From Mustelus asterias (lineage: Eukaryota), in contig NC_135822.1 of NCBI RefSeq assembly GCF_964213995.1, positions 71,486,001 to 71,550,000 of the forward strand: a stretch of DNA of 64,000 nt, given 5' to 3'. Below the pieces are notes generated by a model. It was not told the DNA's origin. It saw nothing but the letters and a program-made list of their open reading frames with translations, and did not search any database. A program made the position numbers and the translations under genes. Below, one piece after another: positions 1 through 11,131 of the stretch (position 1 is the first letter of the stretch; each line of letters opens with the position of its first letter).

Positions 1-224
1 TCTATGATTACGTGAAGACCAGACAGATTAAATGAACAAAGGGATGCTGTGGCAAGGGATGGAGTAGGAAATGAATAAACAAGAGATGGGTGAAGTGGAC
101 AACAGTAAAATCATCATCTGCTGTCTGAAAAACTAGGAACAGTGAATTTGACTTGAGTCCAAAAGTTTTAAAGGAAGCTTGTCCAATTTGGGCTGCATTG
201 CAGCCTTCAAGGCCTCTGGATCTC

Positions 225-582
225 TGGGGGAGCGAGGACGAAGAGGAGAGGGGGATGCGAGGATCGGGGAGAGGGGGTGCGAGGATGGGGAACTTGGCAG
301 AGAAGGTGTGAAGATGGAGCGGGGGAATGCAAGTATTGGGGAGAAGGGTGCAAGGACGGGGAGGAGGGTGTGAAGACAAAGGGAAGTGGGTGCGAGGATG
401 GGGCAGGGGGTGTGTGAGGATGGCTCAAGGTGTGCATGGGCATCTGAGAGAGAGAGAGAGACAGTGCATGGGTGGGGGAGGGAATGCGTGGGTAGAAGAG
501 GGAGCGTGAGGGCGGAGAGGGGAGGCATGGGCTGGAAAGTGTGGGTGTGGGGGATTAGAGAGCTCATGAGAGGAAGAGAGAA
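225..582. repeat. Purine (G/A)-rich low-complexity tract with loose GAGGATGGGG-type units and a (GA)n run
   Basis: Nearly all G/A on the + strand; the Pro/Ser/His-rich ORFs here are compositional artefacts. Confidence 0.7.
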
Positions 583-829
583 AGAACAGTCTTCGCGCCA
601 TCATATGCTCTGATCCCGTTTCACAGTGAGTGAGCACCCTGAGACTGCGAGTGAGCCTGACACAGACACACACACACACTCTCACCCGATCACACTCTAA
701 TACTCACCTTTGTTTATGAATCATTGATTTTCTATCTGCTCAGCACATTGTTCCTTTTCGTACCTCAGATTTTTTTGGAATTTGTTTAACGTTGTGCCAG
801 ACATTTTCTTTCTTAAATTTGGTCAACGG

Positions 830-2334
830 ACCTTTGACAAAGATTTTGAAAAGTGTCCCCTGGCATGTGAAGAGATGCATTGGTGGTCATTTTCCAAAAT
901 TCTTTGGACTGTGAAGTGGTTTCTACAGATTAGAGAGTAGCCAATGTAGGCCTGCTTTTCCAAAAGGGAGGGAGAGAGAAAACAGGGAACCATAGACCAG
1001 TGAGCCTGACATTGATAAGTAGGGAAGTTGCTCGAGTCCATTATCAAGGTTTTCATTGCACAGCATTTGGAAAGCAATCGTATTGTCAGAAAAGCCAGCA
1101 TGGGTTTATGAGAGGGAAATCATGTTGACAAATCTACTGAAATTCATTGAAGATGTAGCAAGTAGAGCTGACCAGGAACCGGTGTATGTGCCTTATTTAG
1201 ACTTTCAAAGGGCTTTCGACAAGGTCTTACGTAGCAGATTACTATGTAAAGTTCAAGTGCATGGGATTATGGATAGTGTCTTGAGATGGATGGAAAGTTG
1301 GTTTGCAGAAAGCAAGCAAAGAGTTGGCATAAATGGGTCTTTTTCTGATTGGCAAGCAGTGACTCGTGGGATATCACAGGGATTCTGTGCTCGGATCCCA
1401 ACTGTTAACATTATATATGAATGATTTGGATGAGGGGACTCAATGTATTATCTCCAAATTTGCAGATGGTACAAAGTGAACTGTGAGGAGGATGCAGAGA
1501 TGCTTCAGTGTGATTTGGACAGACTGAGTGAATGGGCATTTGCATGGCAGATACAGCTGTAAAGTGGGGATAAATGTGAGGTTATCTGCTTAGGTAGCCG
1601 AAATAGGAGGCAGATTATTATTTTAATGGGTGTAAATTGGGGGAGGTGCATATTCAGTGAGACCTTGGTGTCCTTGTGCATCAGTTGTTGAAAGTAAACT
1701 TGCAGGTTTACAGCAGGCAGTAAAGAAGGCAAATGGTATCTTGGCCTTCATAGCGAGAGGATTTGAGTAAAGGAATAGGGATGTTTTGCTGCAATTGTAT
1801 CGGGCATGGGTGAGGCCACACCTGGAGTATTGTGTGCAGTTTTGGTGTCCTTATCTGAGGAAGGATGTCCTTGTGTAGAGGGAGTGCAGCGAAAGTTTAC
1901 CAGGTTGATTCCTGGGATGGCAGGTCTGTCATCTGAGGAGAGACTAAATCGGTTAGGATTATATTCATTGGAGTTTAGAAGAGTGAGACGGGATCTCATA
2001 GAAACTTATAAAATTTTAACAGGATTACACAGGGTAGATTCAGAAAAAATGTTCCCAGTGGTGGGGGAGTCCAGAACTAGAGGTCATAGTTTGAGGATAA
2101 GGGGATAAAACTTGTACGACTGAGGTGAGGATGAATTTTTTCACCTACCACAGAAAGTAATTGAGGCCAAAATGTTGTGTGATTTTAAGAAGCAATTAGA
2201 TATAGCTCTTGGGGCTAAAGGGATGAAAGGATATGGGGGAAGGCGGGATCAGGCTACTGAGTTGGAAGATCATAACGAATGGCAGAGTAGGCGCGAAGGG
2301 CCATATAGCCCACTCTTGCTTTACGTTTCTATGT
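830..2334 (+). mobile_element. Decayed CR1 LINE 3' portion (RT and C-terminus)
   Basis: Frameshifted pieces YLDFQRAFDKV...QRVGINGSFSDW and VQRKFTRLIPGM...GLYSLEFRR; ends in a GTTTCTATGT tail. Confidence 0.9.
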
Positions 2335-2524
2335 ATGGACAAACCTGTTGTAAAGTATGGACCATGTGATTGAAATTGAAACTGAGCAAATATTTATCCA
2401 CCTGCCTGCCTGCCTGCCTTTAGTTACAACAGTTCAGATCCTTGTCCATCAAACATTGAACAATGAATGGCCACATGATGGGTCAGTGTAATTCTTAGAA
2501 TTTTGAATTGTCACGATTTGAATA

Positions 2525-2830
2525 ACAGAATCCCTTTAGTGCAGAAGGAGGCCATTCGGCCCATCAAGACTGCACTGCCAACAATCCTACCCAGGCCCTA
2601 TACTCATTACCCCATGTATTTACCCTGCCAATCCCTCTGACACTAAGGGACAATTTTGCATGGCAATCAACCTAATTCGCACATCTTTGGACTGTGGTTG
2701 GAAACTGGAGCAACCTGAGGAAACCCAGGCAGACACAGGGACAACGTGTAAACCCCACACAGTCACCCGAGGCCGGAAATGAACCTGATTCTGAGCGTTG
2801 TGATGCAGCAGTGCTAACCACTATGCCAAC
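2525..2830 (-). mobile_element. HE1-type tRNA-derived V-SINE with CR1-derived 3' tail
   Basis: Minus strand has a TGGTTAGCACTGCTG head, V-domain GGGTTTCCTC...CAGTCCAAAGATGTG and GATGGGCCGAATGGCCTCC tail. Confidence 0.85.
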
Positions 2831-3258
2831 TACAAATATAGTCAGGTTATGAATCAGTGAGTTGGCTAGAAAATGATCCTTGGTCAGACTGTCCCAAAAG
2901 CTGTCTCAAGTAAGAAATGATGTGGAGATGAAGTAAGAAAGTCAGTAGTTCAAAGGAAAAACAGGACAAGAAAAAGCAGAAATATTTTTGGGACTGTTGA
3001 GAGGAAAATAAGCATTCTTTTGTTGTTGAAAACTCTTGTTTCTGTTTAAGTGCGTAACGTGATGTCCGTAGTTGGCTCGCAAATGGCTAATTATTTAATT
3101 CTAATGGTTATTAAGTCCATTGAAACTAAGGGTCAAATTTCAGATTCTAATATGAACATGTAATAGTCTTTACTTGCAATGAAGGAACTTTAAAACTACA
3201 GAAACAACCTCATGTTTCACAAGATCTAACAGAGTGAACGTACTGTTTTATTTTTCAG

Positions 3259-3390
3259 CATGAAGTGGCCCTTGATCCTTGTTCTTCTGATTGGACTGGA
3301 CGCTCTTTCACATCAGAAATTAGATGCTTTGATGAATGATGAAGAGTCCATGTGTGTTATTGAAAAAATTAGTGACAGCAGTATTTGCAG
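3259..3390 (+). CDS. pebp4: PEBP4 (phosphatidylethanolamine-binding protein 4) first coding exon; ATG at 3260, signal peptide
   Basis: Acceptor tttttcAG (3257-3258). Encodes MKWPLILVLLIGLDALSHQKLDALMNDEESMCVIEKISDSSIC+AG (131 coding nt, phase 2), ending at CAG|GCAAGT. Signal peptide and two Cys resemble the human PEBP4 N-terminus as recalled (..SPCAHEALLDEDTLFCQ). Splices in frame to 13759. Confidence 0.8.
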
Positions 3391-3479
3391 GCAAGTGAGA
3401 GTGAAATCAAGATGGAGGGAGCAATCTTCTATCACCATTTGATGCAAGCACAAATCCCATTATGGCCAGAAGCTCTTGC

Positions 3480-4240
3480 GAGAGGGGCAGACCGGACTTT
3501 GCGCTGGGGAGATCTCAGTTTGTGATTTTCCACCTCCTGCCCCACCCCGCCCCCAAACCCCCACCAGCAATGTCATCAGGTTCACGCCCAGCAAAGGGCA
3601 AGAATATGATTGCCATTTATTTAAGTATGTTAAAACAGCTTAACGCCACATCTTCAAGGAACATCATATGTTCCCACCTGTTATCATGACGTAACATAAC
3701 ACTAACGGGAGTCACTACTGGTCTCCAAAAATGGTGACCATGCTGGAGGCTCGGAGCCCAGTGTACCTCCCTGGATATTCAAGGGCAGGCACTGCCCCTG
3801 GCACTTTGACACTGCAAGGTTGTCAGTGCCAAGGGGTGGGGCCAGAAGGGGCAGGGCCCATAGGCATCCCCATAGCAGGGATTTGCTTCACGTTAGGGGG
3901 GACGGTGGGAGAGGGGCCATGTCGGGTGAGCGCCAATGCCCCAATCCCGGAGTTTGAAGGTGGGTTGGTGTGGGTGGTGGGGTCAGGGGGGGCGGGGAGG
4001 TGGGGGTGAGGGGTCCTTTAACGTGAATTTGAGAGAGGCACCCAAAAGGGCGCCCCTGATCTCTGGAGCCTAGCTTGCAGGTGTCTTTTGGCACTGCCCC
4101 TCACAGTGATGGAGCAAAACACACCTCCCTGCTTTAACATGGCAAACTGTGGGAAGATCTTGACGGAAAACCTGCCTCTTTCTCCGCAGAGAAACAGCCC
4201 AGTGTTCAGTCAGAACCTGACACTTGGAAAATTCCGCCCG
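3480..4240. mobile_element. Degraded GC-rich non-autonomous TIR element (same family style as 33718-34520 and 48779-49826)
   Basis: Shared GGCACTGCCC/CAGTGCCA/GGGCA motifs and a GGAAAATTCCGCCC-like end. Confidence 0.45.
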
Positions 4241-4984
4241 GAGTAATCCTGAGGCTTTATGATGTAATTGGCTGCTGAAATGGGCTCACACCCATCATCT
4301 GGACATCTGTGAATCGCAATACAGGGAACAGCAATTGATTGAAGGCAGTGCTCACACAGCTTATAATCATGTTACACTGGTGACTTTTTGATTGAGAGAC
4401 ACATTTTTAATATCGATGTGCTGAAGAGCTTGTGAAGTGTTATTACATTGTAGTACAGGCTCTTCACAATTAACCCAACAGTTTCATTTTGATGTTGGTT
4501 CCTTGTAATCAAATTTTCATTTGGTCATGCTTCACCCCCCCCATGCTTTATTTTATACTTTCATTTGATATTTTTGAATGAGCAATATCAATGACAATCA
4601 CAAAATCAATCAAATGCGGGATCAGTGTCAGACTTTACTCATTGTCAAATCTGGTTAGTCGAATGGTTGACGAACTTAGTGCATGATGACTAATGAATGT
4701 TGCTTGTCAGAATGTCATGGTAACTCAGATGATGATGATAATTGCATGAGAATCGAGAATGGGTTGGAGTAATGGCGAATGTAAGTATAAGCCACTTAGA
4801 AGTGAACACCCCCTTCAATTCTGACAAGTGACTTTTATCTCTTTCTCTGATTTGACCAAAGCCAAAGAGGTGGACATACATGAGGTATGATTTATTCTTA
4901 AACTGACCATAATTAGTTAATTAGATCCATCTGAGTGACTCCCATGCCAACAACTTTGTATTTGCTCGACCATTCCATGACACA

Positions 4985-5165
4985 ATATAGAAACATAGAA
5001 GATAGGAGCAGGAGGAGGCCGTTTGGCCCTTCGAGCCTGCTCCGCCATTCATTAAGATCATGGCTGATCATCCAACTCAATAGCCTAATCCTGCTTTTGC
5101 GCCATAACTTTTGATCCCATTTGCCCCAAGTGCGATATCCAGCCGCCTCTTGAATACATTCAATA
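4985..5165 (-). mobile_element. CR1 3' end fragment
   Basis: CATAGAAGATAGGAGCAGGAGG...GGCCCTTCGAGCCTGCTCCGCCATTC is the reverse of a CR1 3' UTR. Confidence 0.8.
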
Positions 5166-5375
5166 TGGAAACATTGAAGATATGATACTGGCGTAGTCAG
5201 CAACTGGCAGAATGCCAACCACCACTCAGCAGGAACTGGCATGCCCATTCTCCAGTCAAGAAATGAGACAATGGTACAGAAAGTAAACAAGCCAATTGCT
5301 GGTGCCACATTTAGTACTTAATCAAAACAAAAAGAGTGGTGAAAAAAGAAGCAAGTGATGATAGATGAGCTTCAA

Positions 5376-5537
5376 AAAGTTTAAAGTTTATTTATTAGTG
5401 TCACAAATAGGCTTACATTAACACTGCAATGAAGTTATTGTGAAAATCCCCTAGTCGCCACACTCCGGCGCCTGTTCGGGTACACTGAGGGAGAATTTAG
5501 CATGGCCAATGCACCCTAACCAGCACGTCTTTCGGAC
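5376..5537 (-). mobile_element. 5'-truncated V-SINE, tail type B
   Basis: Same tail as 9768-10054, 39997-40281 and 56831-57064. Confidence 0.8.
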
Positions 5538-5761
5538 AGGTGGATTTACAGGAGAGTGTAGTAAAGGAGTGAGAGAAGACACCTTGTGTGGGATACAGTG
5601 AGCGTTGATTGAATAGAATGATCTGTCTTATACACAGTCAATGGTGCAGCAATATCACTGAATTACAACACCCACAAAATCACTGCCTTTTCCAACAACA
5701 ATAATTGCAATGGATAAATCATATTCCTAAATATTGTGCATTGGGGTCTATAATTTGTTTT

Positions 5762-8700
5762 CATTTTCAGTTAGTTGTGGAAGAGTGAACAATGATGCGG
5801 AGATGATTGGTTAAGATTTGGATGTCGGGTCACATTTCCCATCACAGTTCTTGTTCCGATGTATTGTGAAATTGTAGAAGTCTTGGAAAAAGGCTTGTTT
5901 GTTTGCATGTCAGGCAGTAGACTACCTTTATAAGAGCTGGATAATGCGGAGCATGAACTATCAACAAACCCACTGCGCATACTTTTGGGAAGATGAACCA
6001 AAAGAAATAAAAATGCAACTCCAAAATAGGCATGATGTAAGTGTGGGAGCGGCTGCATTTTTGCGAGCTCTGGCGCTACTCATCTTTTAATCTATTTTTA
6101 TCCTGATGTACAATGCATTATTATTTGATCCTGATGTCTAGTCTGTGCTATGTTCCTGGAAGATCCTGGCTAAATTTTGGCAAAGGGGAGCTGAGTTAAG
6201 TCAAGGAAATCCTCATTTTGCTCAGGCGGACAGAGATTCCCAGGTCGGGGCCCAGTTTAAAAGGGGCAGTTTTGCTGGTGAGCGGGCTTCAGCAGTGACG
6301 TAGGCATCAGGTTGACGTCTGCCATTGTAAGTGAAGTTGTGGACATGGTCTTGGATCCCTGACAGATTATTGATGTTCGCATTGATGAACTGTGAGATAT
6401 TCTAAAGAGAATTGATGAAGGGGAGAAGAGAATCCTGTCAGGCGAGAGGACAGTGTTTCCTTGGTAGGGGCTCACCCTCAGTCCCTGGAAATCCTGCTGC
6501 ATGGTATTGTCAAACATCCTGGTTGATTTGGGGAGATAGTGCCGGAGAAGGAACAACCATGTGCCCAGTCTTCCAGGAAGAGCTGGGGATGAATTCCCAG
6601 CTGAATTTGAGAACTAGTTGCCATGCTTTCACAATCTCGATTTGAAGGCTGGGTGTTTTGAGTTCGATGCAGCATATTGTATCTGGTCGTCGAGGCCTGG
6701 GGTTGGTCGAAGACTCCAACCACTGGTTATACAAAGCCTTGTCCTCGGTGTTTGGGTCTTCGTCATCTGCTAGGTCCTAGGTTTCTCTTTATTGGGGCTT
6801 CAGGACAACGACATGGCGGAGGTGCCGAGGCCTAGGTGAAAGTCTCGATGGATCCTGAATGTTGCTTGACGATTCTGTCATTGCTTTGGCCTTTTCAAGC
6901 TCCGTTGATGGATATATTATCCTGCAATTCATCATTAATCCTGATTTTGTGATATTGTCTTTTATGCGAGCACCAATAATCTGTTAGGGATCCAAGCCCA
7001 TGTCCACAACTTTACTTACAATGGCAGGCGTCAACCTGATGCCTACGGCACTGCTGAAGCATAGGCCCGTTCACCAGCAAAACCGCCACTATAAACTGGG
7101 CCCCTACCCGGGATTCTCTGTCCGCTTGAGCAAAATGAGGATTTTCTTGACTTAACTCAGCTCCCCTTTGCCAAAATCTATCCAGAATCCTCCAGGAACA
7201 TAGCACGGATTATACACATCAGGTTCAAATAATAATGAGAAGGGTGTCTGATATATGAGTGCAGAGGCATTTGTCGCCTGTTGTATTGCGAAAATCAGGA
7301 TTGTCCATTTTTACTTTGATGATAATCGTCCATCGGCATGCTCCAATGGTGGAACGACGGAGGCCTTAGTTTAATGCACTTTACCGTTTGCATTCAATCT
7401 TGGTTTTGATGTGTGGTACCGGGGAGCGTGGTCTGGCCTCCCTGCTTCTGGCCCTGTGTCAAATTCTAATTCTTTGGTTTTAGTGTTTGCAATATGGAGA
7501 TATTTCCTTGTTTGAGGATAGTTTGGTGGTCTCCTTTCTATTGGGGAGCATGCTGAGTTGGTTATATGACATGAGGGTTGTGCCAGGATTTACCTGTTTT
7601 TTTTAATGTTCTTTAATCCTTGCATTTACACTGAGCAAGTATATTTTTTGGTACCCTTCAATTGATTTATAGATAAGATGAGTAGCAACATTGTAGGGTG
7701 GCAGGTGGGTTGATATAGAGATGGTGGGTATGCCCTTTTAAGTCCTCATTGTGGGTGAGGAAAACCCCTGTTAGAACTGGTATTGCATCTTTCTTTTCTA
7801 TTTTTGTTATTTTGGGATCAAGGAATCCTTGCTTGTCTCCAATGAAGGTACAGACAGATCATGGATCTGGGGAAAGATTGGCTTTTCTTTTCTATCGTTG
7901 GTGCCTCTAGTGTTGTTGGAGTCCGGAAAAATATGTATGAGTGCACGCCTGGCCATGGTGAGCTGATCCTTGGATAGCTAGCCTTTCTTGGGTTGGTCTT
8001 CTGTATTGGCTACGTGGGTAGTGATGGTGGTTACGTGATTACTTGGCTCATGGAATAATTTGTTGTTCGGGTTTCTTTGATGAGGGGAAATGGGTGGAAT
8101 CTTGTTGGTGGTGGGGCCTAAGTGGTGTCCTGGGGGTGCCTAGAGATAGCGGTGGTTTGCTTTGTTCATTGTATAAGAGTAATATGAGTACCCTTGACCT
8201 GTTGGGTCTTCTTCAAGTGTGTCATTGATCCTAGTTTTGTTTGATTAAGCAGGTTAGAGCAGTATCCTGTTTCTTATGAGGTTAGACTGTCTTGTTCCTG
8301 GTATCCAGTATAAACTGCTAGACCATGCCTGGCATTTATTGGCTAATCCTCTGCAGTTTTCTTTCTTTATCTGGGTAGGTGAGGTGCTCATACAGGTTCT
8401 GATTTGTTATATTCAATTCTAGAGGATTTCCCTTATCTTGTTGGGAGGAGGAGAAGATATCCCATTGATGGGTGTCTTGACGACTCTTCTTCTCCTTGTT
8501 GGTCGGGTTTCCTTGGTGGAAAATTATTGAAGTTTTTGGGTGATGGTGGGGCCTGAATGGTGCCTCTGACATGGCTGGAGAAGAGTGAGGTCTGTTGTGT
8601 TGTGAGTCTAGGTGCAGTGTAAGAATCCTTGGCTTACTGGCTTCTGTACACGAGAGTGTACACTGCCACAACACATATTGTACCGATGGCTGTATCCTCA

Positions 8701-9075
8701 TGTTCTCCTTATCCTTGCATTGCTTGGAGGCCTTGGGATGCTGAGTTAGGTCCTGATTGGTTGTATTTTACCCCATAAGCGATCGCATATATCGTGTAGC
8801 TCTTTCTTTGTTATCCTGGAGGGGAGGATGTGTACCATGCTCCTGTGTGCCCATGGCTTTATCCGGTTATCCTGAGATCCCCACTTATTCTGGTATTCCT
8901 TCTTTATCCGTACGAAAGGAGACATTGATGACAACGATTACAATGATCGATAATCTGAACCATTTGTATGAGTATTTGCCAGTCTTTTCTGTATGTATGT
9001 GTGGAATAATGATCACTAAATATTATACTAGATTTTGGGGATTTGTTGCATCTTGTGGTAAAATGGAAAACCCTC
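5762..9075 (-). pseudogene. Unclassified decayed coding element (candidate endogenous viral element or unknown TE)
   Basis: Persistent G+T skew on +. One minus frame runs ~6900 to ~5770 with scattered stops (several TGA/TAG, compatible with CGA/CAG decay) once 5906-6034 is re-inverted. No RT, integrase or transposase motif recognised. Confidence 0.5.
6116..7237. repeat. Inverted repeat: arms 6116-6382 and 6964-7237 (~270 bp, about 90% identical by eye)
   Basis: e.g. GGCAAAGGGGAGCTGAGTTAAGTCAAG (6179+) versus CTTGACTTAACTCAGCTCCCCTTTGCC (7146+). Confidence 0.95.
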
Positions 9076-9767
9076 AATAAAAAGAAAAGGCCATTCGACC
9101 CATCAAGTTGACTTTGGTGCTTTTATTATATGAGCCTTCAAATCTAATGTCTCCTACTATTTTCTATAACCCTTGAATATTCCGCTTTAAAAACTTCACC
9201 ATTTGGTTGCCGGTCTTAAATTTGTGCCCTCTTGTTGCTGCCTTCCATGCTGATGAAAGAAACTCTGCCATAATTGACCTTCCCTTATCTTCTCATAATC
9301 CTTCAAGATCTGGGCTTGGTTTTTCTTCACTCATCTGAATTCAGGTGAAACAATCTACAGTTTCTGGATCTCTCTTCACAACTGCAACTCCTTCCCACTA
9401 CCAGTTAACACCTTAGTGAATCCACGTTGCACCTTTTCCATTTCCTTTGTGTAAAGAAATATGAGATGGAATTTTCCCCCCAAATTTCCAAGTGTCACAA
9501 CAGTTAATGGGAGTCCTCCGCGCCAGTCTTTTCAGCACGCCCACACCTCAACCTCCCAACACTCAGTGCAATGAAAGAACCTGGCCATGTCCCTCTCCCC
9601 TGGAGGCGATACTTACCTCTACGACCTTGGGGAAACCCACACAACATGTTTACATCTCGGTGAACCTGTTGTTAATGGCACCGGCATGAAGGGGGAGGCG
9701 GGGGGAGGGGGGTGTGGAGGAAGTCCCTGAGCGAATGCTCGCTAATAACATGCTTCTGTATTAAAAT

Positions 9768-10054
9768 GACACAGTGGTTAGCACTGTTGCCTCACAGCGC
9801 CAGGGACCTGGGTTCGATTTCCGGCTTGGATCACTGTCTGTGCGGAGTCTGCACGTTGTCCCTGTGTCTGCGTGGGTTTCCTCCGGGTGCTCCGGTTTCC
9901 TCCCACAGTCCGAAAGATGTGCTTGTTAGGTACGTTGGCCATACTAAATTCTCCCTCAGTGTGCCCGAACAGGCGCCGGAGTGTGGCGACTAGGGGAATT
10001 TCACAGTAACCTCACTGCAGTGTTAATGTAAGCCTAATAAGTAAACTTAACTTT
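9768..10054 (+). mobile_element. V-SINE (HE1-like head), tail type B
   Basis: A/B-box-like head CAGTGGTTAGCAC...GGTTCGATT, V-domain, tail ...GGCGACTAGGGGAATTTCACAGTAAC... Confidence 0.88.
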
Positions 10055-10852
10055 ATGAACTTTCTGTGGTCCTGTGCCGGTATTCACGCCACTCCACTGG
10101 CAAGGGGTCAGGAAGATCGGAACCCTGAAACTCTCCGGAGTTTGAGCACGTGCTGCCATTCCCACAGATGGAGAGTGTGGGCTCAAATTGCCCCCAGCGT
10201 CTACTTGAACGCAAACCAGTCTATTCATCATTTTGTCTCTGTATAAGACCAAGTTCCTGTAGTAGCTAATTTGTGCCACAGGGTGGTACAGATGTGCTTT
10301 GTATTTCTTCACTCACAAATGCACCTCTGGCACCTGCTGGCACAATATAAACTGGAAAGCTTGCTTGCAGCAGAAGTTTTTCAAACTGACAATTCACCAT
10401 TTTTCAGGTTTGATTGTTTTAATAGTTGTACTCTGGGTAAAGCATGAACATTTAGTTATGGCTCCTGCTCTATGATTAGGATGAAAAGAATAATGTAGCA
10501 TTCAGGAAAGGTCGGTCAACTTCGAATCTCCATCTCCTGGCTGTTAGATTGAGTTCCCTTAATCCCTGTTGAATAATAAATCTCTCCATTTTTGACTTCT
10601 TAAGTATGTTAAGTATGTCACTGCATTGGGCAGTTGTCTGCTCACTGGTTACCCTTAACTTGACTCGGTTTGTTTTTTTGAAGTCTTGTTACGACCCAGA
10701 TGGGAGCAGTGTGCAGTTTGACGAGCCCTTCTCCTCCACAGCTTGCACCAATCGTTTAAAAGTTTGATTCCCTCACCAAATTGCCAATTGTTTAACTTTG
10801 GTACTATTGTCCAGAATGAAAGAAACTTCAACCAGGTCTCTTCAGTAAAATT

Positions 10853-11131
10853 TCATTCTCTCTTCCACTTTCTCCCGTCGGGAAAAAGATACAAAAGTCT
10901 GAGGTCACGTACCAACCGGCACAAGAACAGCTTCTTCCCTGCTGCTGTCAGACTTTTGAATGGACTTACCTTGCATTAAGTTGATCTTTCTCGACACCTT
11001 AGCAATGACTTTAACACCACATTCTGCACTCTCTCCTTTCCTTCTCTATGAACGGTATGTTTTGTCTGTATAGGCGCAAAAACAATACTTTTCACTGTAT
11101 CCCAATACATGTGACAATAAATCAAATCAAA
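10853..11131 (+). mobile_element. Rex1/Babar-like LINE 3' end
   Basis: LPSGKRYKSLRSRTNRHKNSFFPAAVRLLN C-terminus and GTGACAATAAATCAAATCAAA tail. Confidence 0.85.

Noticed and set aside
8-685. Pro/Ser/His- and Gly/Arg-rich ORFs
   Set aside because: Products of purine-rich low-complexity sequence; no domain
3391-3442. C-terminal part of ORF 3260-3442 as a single-exon secreted peptide
   Set aside because: Better explained as read-through into the intron after the PEBP4 donor
8330-8360. NCRGLANK resembling an AP-endonuclease N-terminal motif
   Set aside because: No downstream QET/GDFN/SDH motifs or RT found; insufficient to classify the unknown element as a LINE
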